DNA of 64,000 bases from an uncultured Acidobacteriota bacterium (GTDB lineage Bacteria; Acidobacteriota; Thermoanaerobaculia; Multivoradales; JAHEKO01), in contig CAVQNG010000003.1 of the NCBI GenBank assembly GCA_963713825.1, positions 352,001 to 416,000 on the forward strand, given 5' to 3'. This document shows, in pieces, positions 9,460 through 20,175 of the stretch. The notes under the pieces were generated by a model. It was given only the letters and a program-made list of their open reading frames with translations. It did no database searches and was not told the origin of the DNA. Positions within the stretch are counted from its first letter, which is position 1. Each line of letters starts with the position of its first letter. The position numbers and the translations under genes were made by a program.

Positions 9460-11284
9460 TCATGGGCAAGGTATGCGGTCCGCTCCACGGCAGGCGATGC
9501 ACGTCGCCCGGACGAGGGCGCGCTGGATGCGGTTGGTCTCGCGGAGCAGCTCGGTCTCTATGAAGCCGGCTTCATCGGAAGCCGGATCCATCTTGGCGAG
9601 CTCATGGACTGCGGACAGTCCCGGGAACAGTGGGAACTGACGAGCCGGGTCGTGGTGGAAGGGCCCGGCGATGGTGAAAAGGACGGGGTTGATGGTTCGA
9701 GAGACCGCCATCGCGTCCTCGTTGACAGCCGCGACAGCGTCGCCCTGGGCAGACTCGCTCCAAATCTTCAACATCTGGGCGGCAACAGAGAATACCCCGA
9801 TGCTCTCCATGAGTGGACCGAAGTCCCAGCTCTGCCCTGCTGCCTCTGCTAGCTCGGCCAACCGCGCTTTCATCTGCGCGGCGACAGGCTCGAAGTCGTA
9901 CGGCAGTACCTCCTGCGTCGCCAACGGCCAGAGCAACGCAAGGAAGATCTTCGTATCGCGAACCATCAGCTCGCGGTCAGCCTTGTCGAAGGAGTCCTCG
10001 GAGGTGTGCCACCAGTAGCCATAGGCCGAGCCGCCGGCGTCCTTGGCCCGGTCTGGGCTATCGAGTGGGATGGCCGGATAGACGGTGAGCGAGGGCACCC
10101 CGATACCCCACATGGCCTCGTCGTTGTAGCGGTAACTCCGGTTGATCTCGCCCTTGAACTCAGTCCGCTCGAGCATCACGCTCTCGATGAAGCCCTTGAG
10201 CTCCCACATCCCTTCGGGCTCGAGCTCGGTGGCGCTGCGCACGCCCGGCGAGTCGATCGCCATGTAGCCGATGGCGTTCTGGTACAAGTCTTCGTAGAAA
10301 TTGTCGGCGTACCACGTCGAGCCGCTGTATCGCCCCGTCGAATGGCCCGGCCACCATGCGATGCGCACGCTACGGCGCAGGTCCTCGCGGTTCTCGTTCA
10401 GCACTCGCGCCACCTCCAGCAGCGAGGCGTTTCCAGTTGCGGTGTCCGTGACCCCTTCGTGCCAAGAGTCGATGTGATTGGCGATCAGAACGAACTTCTC
10501 AGGCTCTACAGTGCCGGGAATCTCGACCATCACCAGCGGGATCTTCTTCCAGCCGGTATCGGTCTTGGCTTCGAGTTGGACCTGAACCTCTCCCTGTCGT
10601 GCGAGATCTTCCAGCTTCCTCCCGTCCGGCTCGGTGATCGAAACGATCGGGATCTTCGGAAGACGCTTTGCATCCTCTCGCGTCGGATGACCCCAAACCG
10701 ACGAAACGATCATATTGACCAAGCGGGGCGACGGCGCGATGCAAACCGCACCAACAGCACCTGCGCGCTCGGCCTGGAAGATCAACTCCGGACTGGGATA
10801 GCCCCGCATCAGTGCTATCCGACCCTCCAGGTCGACACCGGCAAAGTCCTCGTCGCGGGTAGTGACAATCTCCGGGTCGGTCGGGCCAACGTAGACCAGC
10901 TCGCCGGCGATCCCATCCTTCCCCGTCGAAGTGGAGAACGCCGGCACAAGAGCTGGAACGTCGAGAGCTTCCGGCGCTGTCACGGTCAACGAAGCCGAGA
11001 CGGGCAGGCTCAGATAGGAGTCGAACTCGTACCGCCGATGGGGCACGCCGAGCGCCTCGAGCTGCTGCTCCAGGTAGTCGGCGGCCTGGCGCTCGCCCTC
11101 GGTGGAAGAAGTCCGATCGAGCTTCGAGAAGACCTCGGTGAGACGCCACATCTCATCGGGGCGCACCTGGTCGAGGACCTCCTCGAGCGGCTGCGCTCGG
11201 CCGGCCGGTGTGAAGAGAAATGTAGGTAAGAACCAGTGCCGCTGGAACCCGGTGATTGCCGGTCGTCGAAGCCCGATATTTCAT
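9460..11284 (-). CDS. M28 family peptidase with PA domain (frameshift in signal peptide near 11225)
   Basis: ANHIDSWHEGVTD, DSPG, WWHTSEDSFDK and a PA insert. ATG 11284 forms an ATGA overlap with the upstream stop at 11281. Confidence 0.8.
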
Positions 11285-12685
11285 GGTCTTGATCGTAGCA
11301 CCGGGCTCTTGCCTGTTACCTCTGGCAGGCTTGATCGAGTAGCCAATTTACCGCGGGTCCGCCAGAGACCCTGAGCCGACGACAGCATTTTGCGCAACGC
11401 CTCATAGACATCCGGGTGGTTGACGATGTGAGCGTGGTGCATTCCAGGGAACACAGCCCCGCTGGCGAAAGCGGACACGGCGGGCTGGTTCGGCCGCCTC
11501 ACCGGAGGCGCTCCGCGAGTCGAACCATCACGTCGCCGAGCAGCCGGCCGAGCGGATGATCCGGGTCGCGCGAGATCGTCGCCGCCAGAAAGTAGTATCC
11601 GACCCCATCGACTGAGCGGCAGGTCTCGCCGGCGATTGGCAAACACCTCGTCCGGGTCCATTCCGGCCCATTCTTCGTCCACGGTGTAGCCATAACGGAG
11701 GTCTTTGACACCGGCGCTGCGAGCTATCGAGTAGCACTGCCGGCACTTGCGCACCCGCTGCTTCGAGGTTTCTCAGCACCCCGGTCAGTAGGTTCACGGC
11801 CTTTTCGAGAGGCGCACCGAGATGTGGCGAGCCGATGCAAGCCACATGGCGAAGACGGGTGACCCAAGGCTCATCATGCTCTTTCGCGTAGTGCGCTGCG
11901 CTTCGTGCGACCAGACCGCCCATGCTGTGCCCAACGAGCGCGATCTCTTCGATCGGTACGGGATACGCCTCCAACACCTGGGTGAGCAGCGTCGCCAACG
12001 CGCGCCCGTTCTCGGAGATGTGCCGACCTGTGTTGTAGCGCAGGTAGATCGGCGTGAACTCGAGGTCGGCATGCAGCCGCGTGCCGAAGGTCACGGCTGG
12101 ATCGCCGTAGTGCTCCTTGGAGGACAGGCTCCATAGCCACTCGGTCGCGGCCAGGCCGTGCACAAAGACACAGATCTTGTTCGTCGGACTTGGAAAGGCC
12201 GCCGCGCAAGCCTCTGTCGTGACCGGAAGATCTCGACCATGGAGGCGCAGCGTCATCCCGAGGTCGAGGCGACTGCTCTTCTGGCGCAGGTAGTCACCCC
12301 AAAACCCATTCAGCGATGCCTGGAGATGGTCGACATACCAACTCGCGGTTCTTGCCGCGGAAGAGTCGATAGGCGTTGCGAGCTCAGGTCCGGCCGATTC
12401 GTAAGCCGGTTGGAGACGATCTTCGGCGATTTCGGCGGCAGCATTCACCGAGAACCGGGTTGCCCCGTTGATCGCCCGAATCGACTGGAACACGCCGCTG
12501 GATATGGCCGAATGGATACCCGTGACAACCTTGGCGGCCCCTTTCGCAGGCTCAATCGGCGCGAACCTCCGAGCTGAGCGCTGGACCACCGCGTCGTGCG
12601 TCCGCTCGACGAGGTTCGTCGTCTCGTCGACCAGATCGAACGCCAGATCGACGAACCCTCGTGCGACCGACGGCTCGATCTTCAT
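11281..12685 (-). CDS. PGAP1-like alpha/beta hydrolase (lipase/esterase), multiply frameshifted at 3' end
   Basis: FVHGL, LRYNTG, VGHSMGGLVARSA, IGSPHLGAPLEK. The C-terminus (SAGVKDLRYG; GDVMVR; HHAHIVNHPDVYEAL) is split over three frames. Confidence 0.8.
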
Positions 12686-12708
12686 GGCCTGGGCTCCAGA
12701 GAGCTCAT

Positions 12709-14316
12709 CTACGGCCTAATCTGCTTCAGGAAGTCGGCGGCCTGCTTCTTCATTCCCGCATCGGCCGACTCTGCGACGACCTTCTCCAACAGGGTCGCTG
12801 CTTCATCAAGCTTCTTCTCTCGGGCCAGAGCGACCGCGTACTGAAAGTCGAGTTGGAGCAGCGTTTGGCGGGCCGGGGCCAATTGCTCCTCAGTAGCGCC
12901 TCGTGCTTCGGCGGTGGCAACCAGATCGATCGCTTCCTGCCGTTTGCCTGCCCGCGCATAGCCCAACAGGAGGTTGTAGGCCACGTCTCCCCTGCCGGGG
13001 AGCATCTCGTAGGCCTTCTCCAGGGTCGGCACAGCATCCGGCGACGGCTTGGCCTCGAGGTTGTAGGAGTAACCCAGTAGGGCCCACCCCTCACCGTAGC
13101 CCGGCCTCAGCTCCACACTCTTATTGAACGCCGCGATGGCCTGGTTCAGGCGGGTCTGCTCTTCGGGAGTCTGCGGGCGCCTCTTGCCGAGCAGGGCGAG
13201 CTCGACCTCCCCGAAGAGCACCTGCAGCCTGAAGGCATCGGGCAACTGATCCAGGGCCTGTCTGTAGTACTTCTCGGCGGTGCCCAGGTCACCGGACATC
13301 TCGCTGACCAGTCCGAGGCCCGCCGTCGCGGGGGCAAAATCAGGGGTCAACTGAAGAGCAGCTTCGAAGTGAGCCTTGGCGTCGGCTTGGGCATCCGGAT
13401 TGGTGTGGATCAGCAGGTCTCCCAGGTGAAACAGTGCCACGTCCGGCGCCAGTGACGTCAGGCTCACGTCTGTGGGTACGCCCGCTGGAACCGGGATCTC
13501 CCGATGTGGCAGCGGAGTCTGGGCCACGTAGGCCCCCACCGCGGACTGCAGAGCCTCCACATGCACCCCCAGCGTCTCGGCAATGGAGATGTCCGCCGTG
13601 GGATTCTGCGCCAACTCATCGACAAATCGCCTCGTGGCACCGAAGCGCTCATCGTCATCCACCAAGAGATAGTGCATCAGTGCCCACGAGCCCTGGACAA
13701 AGGCATTCATCTGCCCCGGATCGGTGGGAAGAGTCTCGGTAGCCAGAACCTCCGAGACCGACATCCGTTCCCCACCCAACAGACCCATCTTCTCGGCCTC
13801 GGCACCGCCAGGGGCCAGGGCCACCTGTGCGATCGAACCGTCGGACTGGAAAGTGCTGAAGATCTCAGCCAGGCCATGCTTGAACCACAGCGGCACCTGG
13901 GGGACATTGTTATTGATCACGTCGTGTAGATACTGCCGGTAGACCACGGGCAGCGTGTCGTCGGGAGTGCTCCCCACCACGGCTGCGAAGTTCGCATGCT
14001 TGTGTGGAGCGAAGTAGCCGGACTGGCCTCCCGGTAGCGCATAGGGCTCGAAGGACTCACGGTCCTTGAAGAGATAGAGCAGCGTGTCCAGGGGCGAATC
14101 GAACTCGGCTCGCGGGAAGATCTCCTCGAGCACGGCTTGCAGCCGTTCGAGGTCGAGGCCGATCTCCTTCGTTGCCGCCTCGTTCAAATTGCTGAAAATA
14201 ATGAAGTTATCGGTCTCCGCTTGCTCCCAGCCAGCGCCAGACGGCACGGCTGCGGGAGAGGGGATCGCCACTGCCCAGACGACAAGGGCCAACATCAGGG
14301 TCGAGATTCGTTTCAT
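12709..14316 (-). CDS. Secreted TPR protein with N-terminal DUF1570/peptidase-MA-like domain
   Basis: Signal peptide; ETDNFIIFSN and PLWFKHGLAEIFSTF; several TPR-like helical repeats. Confidence 0.75.
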   Translation of the reverse strand: MKRISTLMLALVVWAVAIPSPAAVPSGAGWEQAETDNFIIFSNLNEAATKEIGLDLERLQAVLEEIFPRAEFDSPLDTLLYLFKDRESFEPYALPGGQSGYFAPHKHANFAAVVGSTPDDTLPVVYRQYLHDVINNNVPQVPLWFKHGLAEIFSTFQSDGSIAQVALAPGGAEAEKMGLLGGERMSVSEVLATETLPTDPGQMNAFVQGSWALMHYLLVDDDERFGATRRFVDELAQNPTADISIAETLGVHVEALQSAVGAYVAQTPLPHREIPVPAGVPTDVSLTSLAPDVALFHLGDLLIHTNPDAQADAKAHFEAALQLTPDFAPATAGLGLVSEMSGDLGTAEKYYRQALDQLPDAFRLQVLFGEVELALLGKRRPQTPEEQTRLNQAIAAFNKSVELRPGYGEGWALLGYSYNLEAKPSPDAVPTLEKAYEMLPGRGDVAYNLLLGYARAGKRQEAIDLVATAEARGATEEQLAPARQTLLQLDFQYAVALAREKKLDEAATLLEKVVAESADAGMKKQAADFLKQIRP

Positions 14317-14341
14317 GAGAAGTCCTCAAAGCCTTCTATTG

Positions 14342-14399
14342 GGGGGACACAATACCCATTTGAGTACCCGTTCTCTTCGAAATGAGGTTTGTGTCCCCC
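14342..14399. repeat. Intergenic inverted repeat (REP/MITE-like hairpin)
   Basis: GGGGGACACAA (14342-14352) pairs with TTGTGTCCCCC (14389-14399), with inner CATTT/AAATG pairing. Confidence 0.65.
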
Positions 14400-14448
14400 G
14401 CGCATTGTATCCACCGGGATGCCCAGCGCTGAGTGCTAGGCTCCGACC

Positions 14449-15733
14449 ATGCACATTACACTGGATCGGCTCGTTCTTTGGCTGATCGTCTTAGCGCTTG
14501 CGGTAGTGGCAACCCGAAGAAAGCGCTCTGACCGCCGATCTGTCTTCCACCGTCCCTACCAACCTGACCGTCTCAGCACCCGTTCACCACATCGACAGCG
14601 TCGCCCGCGAGCCGATGCTTGTAGAGCACCCGACCGGCGCGCTCTTCGTCTCCGGCTACGGCTCCCAGGTCACAGGAGTCGACCCGAAGGCACCTCCCAA
14701 CCTATGGCGAAGCGACGACGGCGGGGCAACATGGAGTCGAGTCGACATAGGCACCCCTGAGGAGGGTGCGATCGGCAATTCCGACATCGACCTGGCTGTC
14801 GGCCCCGATGGCACGCTCTACTTCGTGACCATGGGCTTCGATCGATCGGCAATGGAGGGGACACACGTCGCGGTCGGCGTCAGTTACGACATCGGCACCA
14901 GTTGGTCGTGGACTCTGCTCTCCGAGACTCGCTTCGACGACCGGCCGTGGGTCGCAGTTGCGCCCAACGGAACGGCCCACGTCGTTTGGAACGACGGCGC
15001 CGGGGTGAGCTACGCGGTCAGCACCGACAACGGCGAGACCTGGGAAGAACGCGACAAAGTGCACCCCCGCGGCGGCTCGAGCCATTTGGCCGTGGGGCCG
15101 AGCGGCGAGCTGGCGGTGCGCATCACACCGATATCGGCCTCGGCCAACAATTTCGATGCAGGGCTCGAGTTGATCGCCGTCAGCACCGACGGTGGCGAGA
15201 CCTGGAGCAAGAACCCCGCACCCAGCAACATCGAGTGGGACCCGACCTTCAGCGACCCGAACGGAGTGCCACGGTGGGTCGAGCCACTCGCCTGGGACGC
15301 CAGCGGAGACCTCTACCATCTCTGGAGCGAAGGCCAGGTCGTCAAGCTGGCCCGCTCGAGGGACCATGGGGCGTCCTGGGCGGAGTGGGTCGTCGCAGAG
15401 GAAGATCAGCTGGCCTATTTCCCCTATCTGGTGGCGCGAGGTCCAGGCGAGCTGGCGGCGACCTGGTTCTCGGGCGGGGGCGACATGATGGCCGTTCGAG
15501 TCGCTGACTTTTGAAGTCCCCGATGAAGAGGGCTCTGAACCGCGAGTTCTTCTTGCAGACCCTTCCAGCCTGACTGCTGGCAAGAGAGGGAGGATCAGAA
15601 GATTCGCGATCCGGGCGGCGAATATGTGCCGGTTGCGTTCCTTTCAGATGGAGGGCTAGCTGTCGCCACGCCGATACAGGACAGCCAGGGCGAGCGCTTC
15701 GGGTTCTCCTGGTGGAAACTCGAAGAGCACTAG
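14449..15733 (+). CDS. BNR/Asp-box repeat (sialidase-like) beta-propeller protein, frameshifted
   Basis: Repeated SxDxGxTW boxes (RSDDGGATW, STDNGETW, STDGGETW, SRDHGASW). Signal peptide from 14449 and C-terminus ...GFSWWKLEEH* (15733) lie in other frames. Confidence 0.7.
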
Positions 15734-15853
15734 CTGGACACCGAGATCCCGTCAGGATCTGTGGCCGGCCTCCGCATCCTGCTAGGCTTTCAAACGAGCG
15801 CGGTATCCTGCGCACGATTGAAGATCCCTGTTCACCCTCGGAGGCAACCAACC

Positions 15854-17548
15854 ATGCTCCTCAACCCGAAACGGGGTGTCCGCGAGTATCCCGACGAGGC
15901 GAGTCGCGAGCTGATGCTCGCGGTCATCGACTTCTTCGAGAGCAAAGGCCTGGCACGCATCAAACACGACGACCACGAGCGGGTCTGGTATCAGGACTTC
16001 CTCGAATTCGTGAAGGAAAACGGGGTCTTCTCTACCTGTCTCACGCCTCCCGAGTACGGCGACGAGGGCTGCCGCTGGGATACCTGGCGCAATTGCGAGC
16101 TCAACGAGATTCTCGGCTTCTACGGCCTGGCCTACTGGTACACGTGGCAGGTGACGATCCTGGGGCTCGGTCCCATCTGGATGAGCGGCAACGAGGAAAT
16201 CAAGCGGAAGACGGCCCGGTTTCTGAAAGAGGGTGGCATCTTCGCCTTCGGGCTCTCGGAGCAGGAGCACGGCGCTGACCTCTACTCGAGCGAGATGATG
16301 CTTTACCCCCAGGGTGACGGGAGCTTTCTTGCACGGGGCGAGAAGTACTACATCGGCAATGGCAACGAGGCGGCGCTGGTCTCCGTCTTCGGCAAGGTAG
16401 CCGATTCCGACGACTATGTCTTCTTCGTTGTCGATCCTCGTCACGAGAAGTACGAGTGCGTGAAGAACGTCTGCAACTCCCAGAGCTATGTCGCACACTT
16501 CGCGCTCCGCGACTACCCCATTGCCGAGGCGGACGTCCTGTCCCTCGGGCGTGAGGCCTGGGATACATCTCTCAATACGGTAAACGTGGGCAAGTTCAAT
16601 CTGGGGTGGGCCTCGATCGGCATCTGCACGCATGCGTTCTACGAGGCGATCGATCACGCCTCCTCGCGGCGATTGTTCAACCACTCCGTTACCGACTTTC
16701 CCCACATCCGGCAGTTCTTTACCGACGCCTACTGCCGGCTCGTCGCCATGAAGCTCTTCGCGCTGAGGGGCTCCGACTACCTACGGACGGCCTCACCGGA
16801 TGACCGTCGCTATCTTCTCTACGACCCGCTGGTCAAGATGAAGGTGACGAGCCAGGGCGAGGAAGTGATCGACCTCCTGTGGGACATTGTCGCGGCCAAG
16901 GGATTCGAGAAGGACATGTACTTCGAGATGGCAGCTCGGGACATCCGGGCACTGCCCAAGCTCGAGGGCACGGTGCACGTCAACATGGCGCTCGTCATCA
17001 AGTTCATGAAGAACTACTTCTTCAAGCCCGACGACTTCCCCGGCATCCCGGAAGTCCGTGAGCCACGTCACGACGCGTTTCTCTTCGATCAGGGCCCAAC
17101 CAAGGGGTTGGGCAAGATCCGCTTCCACGACTACCGAGAGATCTACGACCGCGTGGACCTGCCCAACGTCCGCATCTTCAAGAAGCAGATTCGGACCTTC
17201 AGGCATCTGCTGATGGTAGGGCGCCCGAACAAGGAGCAGATCAAGGACATCGACTTCCTGCTCATCGTCGGCGAGCTCTTCTCCCTCGTGGTTTATGGCC
17301 AGCTCATCCTCGAAAACGCGCCCGTCCACTCAGTGGAGGACGACGTGCTCGACCAGATCTTCGACGTTCTGGTGCGCGACTTCTCCAAGTTCGCACTGCA
17401 GCTCTACTCGAAGACCTCGAGCACCACGACACAAAGGCTCTTCTGCCGCCGCATGATCCGCAAACCGGTGGTCGACCACGCCCGATTCGAGCGGGTCTGG
17501 GAAAATCAGGTGTATGCGCTCGAGGGCGCCTATCGAATGAACGAGTGA
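15854..17548 (+). CDS. Acyl-CoA dehydrogenase family protein
   Basis: FAFGLSEQEHGADLY, GEKYYIGNG, LPKLEGTVHVN; probable start MLLNPK. Confidence 0.88.
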   Translation: MLLNPKRGVREYPDEASRELMLAVIDFFESKGLARIKHDDHERVWYQDFLEFVKENGVFSTCLTPPEYGDEGCRWDTWRNCELNEILGFYGLAYWYTWQVTILGLGPIWMSGNEEIKRKTARFLKEGGIFAFGLSEQEHGADLYSSEMMLYPQGDGSFLARGEKYYIGNGNEAALVSVFGKVADSDDYVFFVVDPRHEKYECVKNVCNSQSYVAHFALRDYPIAEADVLSLGREAWDTSLNTVNVGKFNLGWASIGICTHAFYEAIDHASSRRLFNHSVTDFPHIRQFFTDAYCRLVAMKLFALRGSDYLRTASPDDRRYLLYDPLVKMKVTSQGEEVIDLLWDIVAAKGFEKDMYFEMAARDIRALPKLEGTVHVNMALVIKFMKNYFFKPDDFPGIPEVREPRHDAFLFDQGPTKGLGKIRFHDYREIYDRVDLPNVRIFKKQIRTFRHLLMVGRPNKEQIKDIDFLLIVGELFSLVVYGQLILENAPVHSVEDDVLDQIFDVLVRDFSKFALQLYSKTSSTTTQRLFCRRMIRKPVVDHARFERVWENQVYALEGAYRMNE

Positions 17549-17564
17549 CGCTGGAGGACAGTCG

Positions 17565-18212
17565 TCAGCGATCCCCTTCAGAGGAAACCCAGCCGGGGAA
17601 CTCGGCCGATTTCCCACGCCTTGCCCGCCACCAGACGAGAAAGGCGGTGGCAAAGCGCTGGGTGACAATCAAGACCGCGAGTCCCAACGCGATCAGGATC
17701 GGCATGATCCAGTAGCCACCCCAGATCACGGCTCCTTCGGGGAGATCCGAGAAGACCCCGAGAGCTCGAGGAACCCCATCCACAACCGCCAATCCCGTGT
17801 TGTTCGGAAAGACCGGCTTGAGCAGAGCGGTCAGCAACGCCGCGAAGCCCAGCATGTATCCGAGCAGCAGGCCGAGGGCTGGAAAGAACCCGAGCAGTGA
17901 GGTGCTGGCCAGGTTCCAGAACGCCCGCACGGTCGGAGCGACCCGACCTGTGGTGATCGCTTCCTCGATCGTGATCTCGGCGGAATAGGCTTGAGCCACT
18001 CTCTGCGGCATCCCGATCTCCTGCAGCACCCGCTCGAGGGCGGTGCGCTCGTCGGGCTCAGCCTCGGCTTCGTCGACGCGCTCCCGAATGTGGGACTCCA
18101 GCTCCTGGACCGCATCCATGACCACGGCACGTGGCAAGAACGACTTGAGAGACTGTCCGAGTACGAACAGATAGCCTCGCACCCGAGCTTCGCCGGCTTC
18201 ACTGAGTTTCAT
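17565..18212 (-). CDS. HAAS/DUF1700-type membrane protein (PadR partner)
   Basis: YL..L..., ELESHIRE, LQEIGMPQRVAQAY HAAS signature followed by TM helices. Confidence 0.75.
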   Translation of the reverse strand: MKLSEAGEARVRGYLFVLGQSLKSFLPRAVVMDAVQELESHIRERVDEAEAEPDERTALERVLQEIGMPQRVAQAYSAEITIEEAITTGRVAPTVRAFWNLASTSLLGFFPALGLLLGYMLGFAALLTALLKPVFPNNTGLAVVDGVPRALGVFSDLPEGAVIWGGYWIMPILIALGLAVLIVTQRFATAFLVWWRARRGKSAEFPGWVSSEGDR

Positions 18213-18215
18213 GGC

Positions 18216-18586
18216 TCAAACCCTCCCTGCTGCTTCAACGAGGTGGTCGATCTTGCTTCGATAGGAGTTCCAATGATCGAGCATGTCGTCCAGGCTTCGG
18301 CGGCCCTGGTTGCTCAAGCCGGTAGTACTTTCGGGGGTGGGGAGTTTCACTCGGAGACCCACTCGGCCTCGACGACCCCGCTGCGAGTGAGCCTCCCCAG
18401 AATGGGGTAGATCGTCCCTTCCGTGACCACGAGATCCGTGGACTCCTGGAGATAGCGAATAATCTCGAGGCCGTATCTGGGCGTCGAAGAAACCGAGAGC
18501 AGGATAGCCAGCTCCAGCCCCCCTCTTCGAAGTTGCTCTCTCCACTTGTCGAGGGGATCGTCGGCTTCTATTGGCTTCTTCTTCAT
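18216..18586 (-). CDS. PadR family transcriptional regulator (frameshifted near 18350)
   Basis: QLRRGGLELAIL, YGLEII, EGTIYPILGRL; HPRKYY and the C-terminal helix (GRRSLDDMLDHW) are in other frames. Confidence 0.85.
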
Positions 18587-18608
18587 CGTGGTTATCCTGG
18601 CTTGGCAT

Positions 18609-18631
18609 TATATCTTGCGCTACAAGGTATA
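18609..18631. promoter_or_regulatory. Putative PadR operator
   Basis: Palindrome TATATCTTG-cgcta-CAAGGTATA just upstream of padR. Confidence 0.55.
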
Positions 18632-18771
18632 TACGCAAGTTCTCGCACCAGGTTGCACACTGCAGCCATACCGAGTGGTTCAGCCGGTAGACGCCAGTAG
18701 GAAGCCGGGCCTTCCCCTATACTTCAGATACATAAGTTTCTCGAGAGATCACCGGGCTGGAGACTGGGCCG

Positions 18772-20106
18772 TTGAGACCGAAGACTCGCTACGCAGTGAA
18801 TAAGGAAGGGCAGTCTGTCGCATACCAGGTTTTCGGTGACGGGCCGCGTGACATCGTCTTCATTCCCGATTGGGTCACGAATCTCGAAGATCATGTGGGA
18901 AGAGCCGACCCTGGCTCGGTTTCTCGATCGCCTGGCGTCGTTCGGGCGCCTGATCTGCTTCGACAAGCGTGGCACCGGGGTCTCCGATCCGGTTCCCCTC
19001 GGCGCCATCCCCACGTGGGAAGAGTGGATGGATGACGTGGGGACCGTCATGGATGCCGTCGGCTCCGACTGTGCCACTGTCTTCGGCCACGGAGATGGCG
19101 GGCACATGGCCCTATTGTTCGCCGCAACTCATCCGAATCGGACGTCGGCGCTGGTGCTGGCTGACGCCTACGCTCGGCGCCACCGGGCACCCGACTACCA
19201 CTGCGGCGTACCGCCCCAGATTGCCGAGCAATTCATCGAGCTCATCCTGTCCACCTGGGGAACGGGGAAGGCGGTCGTCCACGGATCGCCCGACCTGGCG
19301 AGGAATCCGTCCTTCGTGGAGTGGCGGGGACGCTATGAACGCCTGTCCATGAGCCCTGGACAGTTCAAGAGCATCTATCCACTGACCTACGAGTTGGACT
19401 TCCGGCCCGTGCTCTGGAGACCATCCAAGCTCCGACTCTCGTGCTCCATCGTGCCGATAACCTCTACGTCCGCCCGGACAACGGCCGTTATCTCGCCGAC
19501 CATATCGAGGGTGCCCAGTTCGTCGAGGTGCCGGGCGAGGATCATCTGTTTCATGGTGGAGACATTGAAGCTCTTCTCGGGCCGGTTCGGGAGTTCGTGA
19601 CCGGAGCCAAGGAGGCCCCAGTGGAGGACCGTGTTCTGGCAACGGTCTTATTCACCGACATCAAGGGGGCCACCGAGCACCTTGCACACCTGGGTGACCG
19701 AGCCTGGGGAGATCTGCTGGAACGGCATCACGCCACGGTACGCCAACAATTGGAGCGCTTTAGAGGCCGAGAGATCGATACTGCCGGCGATGGCTTCTTT
19801 GCGACCTTCGATGGGCCGGCCCGGGGCGTCCGTTGCGGCCTTGCAGTTCGCGATGCGGTTCGGTCACTCGGCCTCGAGATCCGAGCCGGGCTTCACACCG
19901 GCGAATGCGAGCTGATCGGCGATAAGGTGGGCGGCATCGCAGTCCACATTGGCGCTCGCGTGATGAACATCGCGAAAGGAGGCGAGGTACTGACCTCCCG
20001 CACCGTCAAGGACCTGGTCGCCGGCTCGGGCCTCGAGTTCACCAGTCACGGCATCCACACGCTCAAGGGTGTCTCCGGCGAATGGGAACTGTTCGCCGCC
20101 GGCTAG
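18772..20106 (+). CDS. Alpha/beta-hydrolase-fold plus class III adenylate/guanylate cyclase (LipJ-like), two frameshifts
   Basis: AYQVFGDGPRD, FDKRGTGVSD; cyclase TVLFTDI, DTAGDGFFATF, GLHTGECE, AVHIGARV. Joined from ORFs 18772, 18836 and 19441. Confidence 0.85.
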
Positions 20107-20175
20107 ACAGTTCCTCAACTGACGAGCGGGCCTCTGGCGAGACCATCAGGGGCCGCTCGCGCAGTTTCGGCTACC

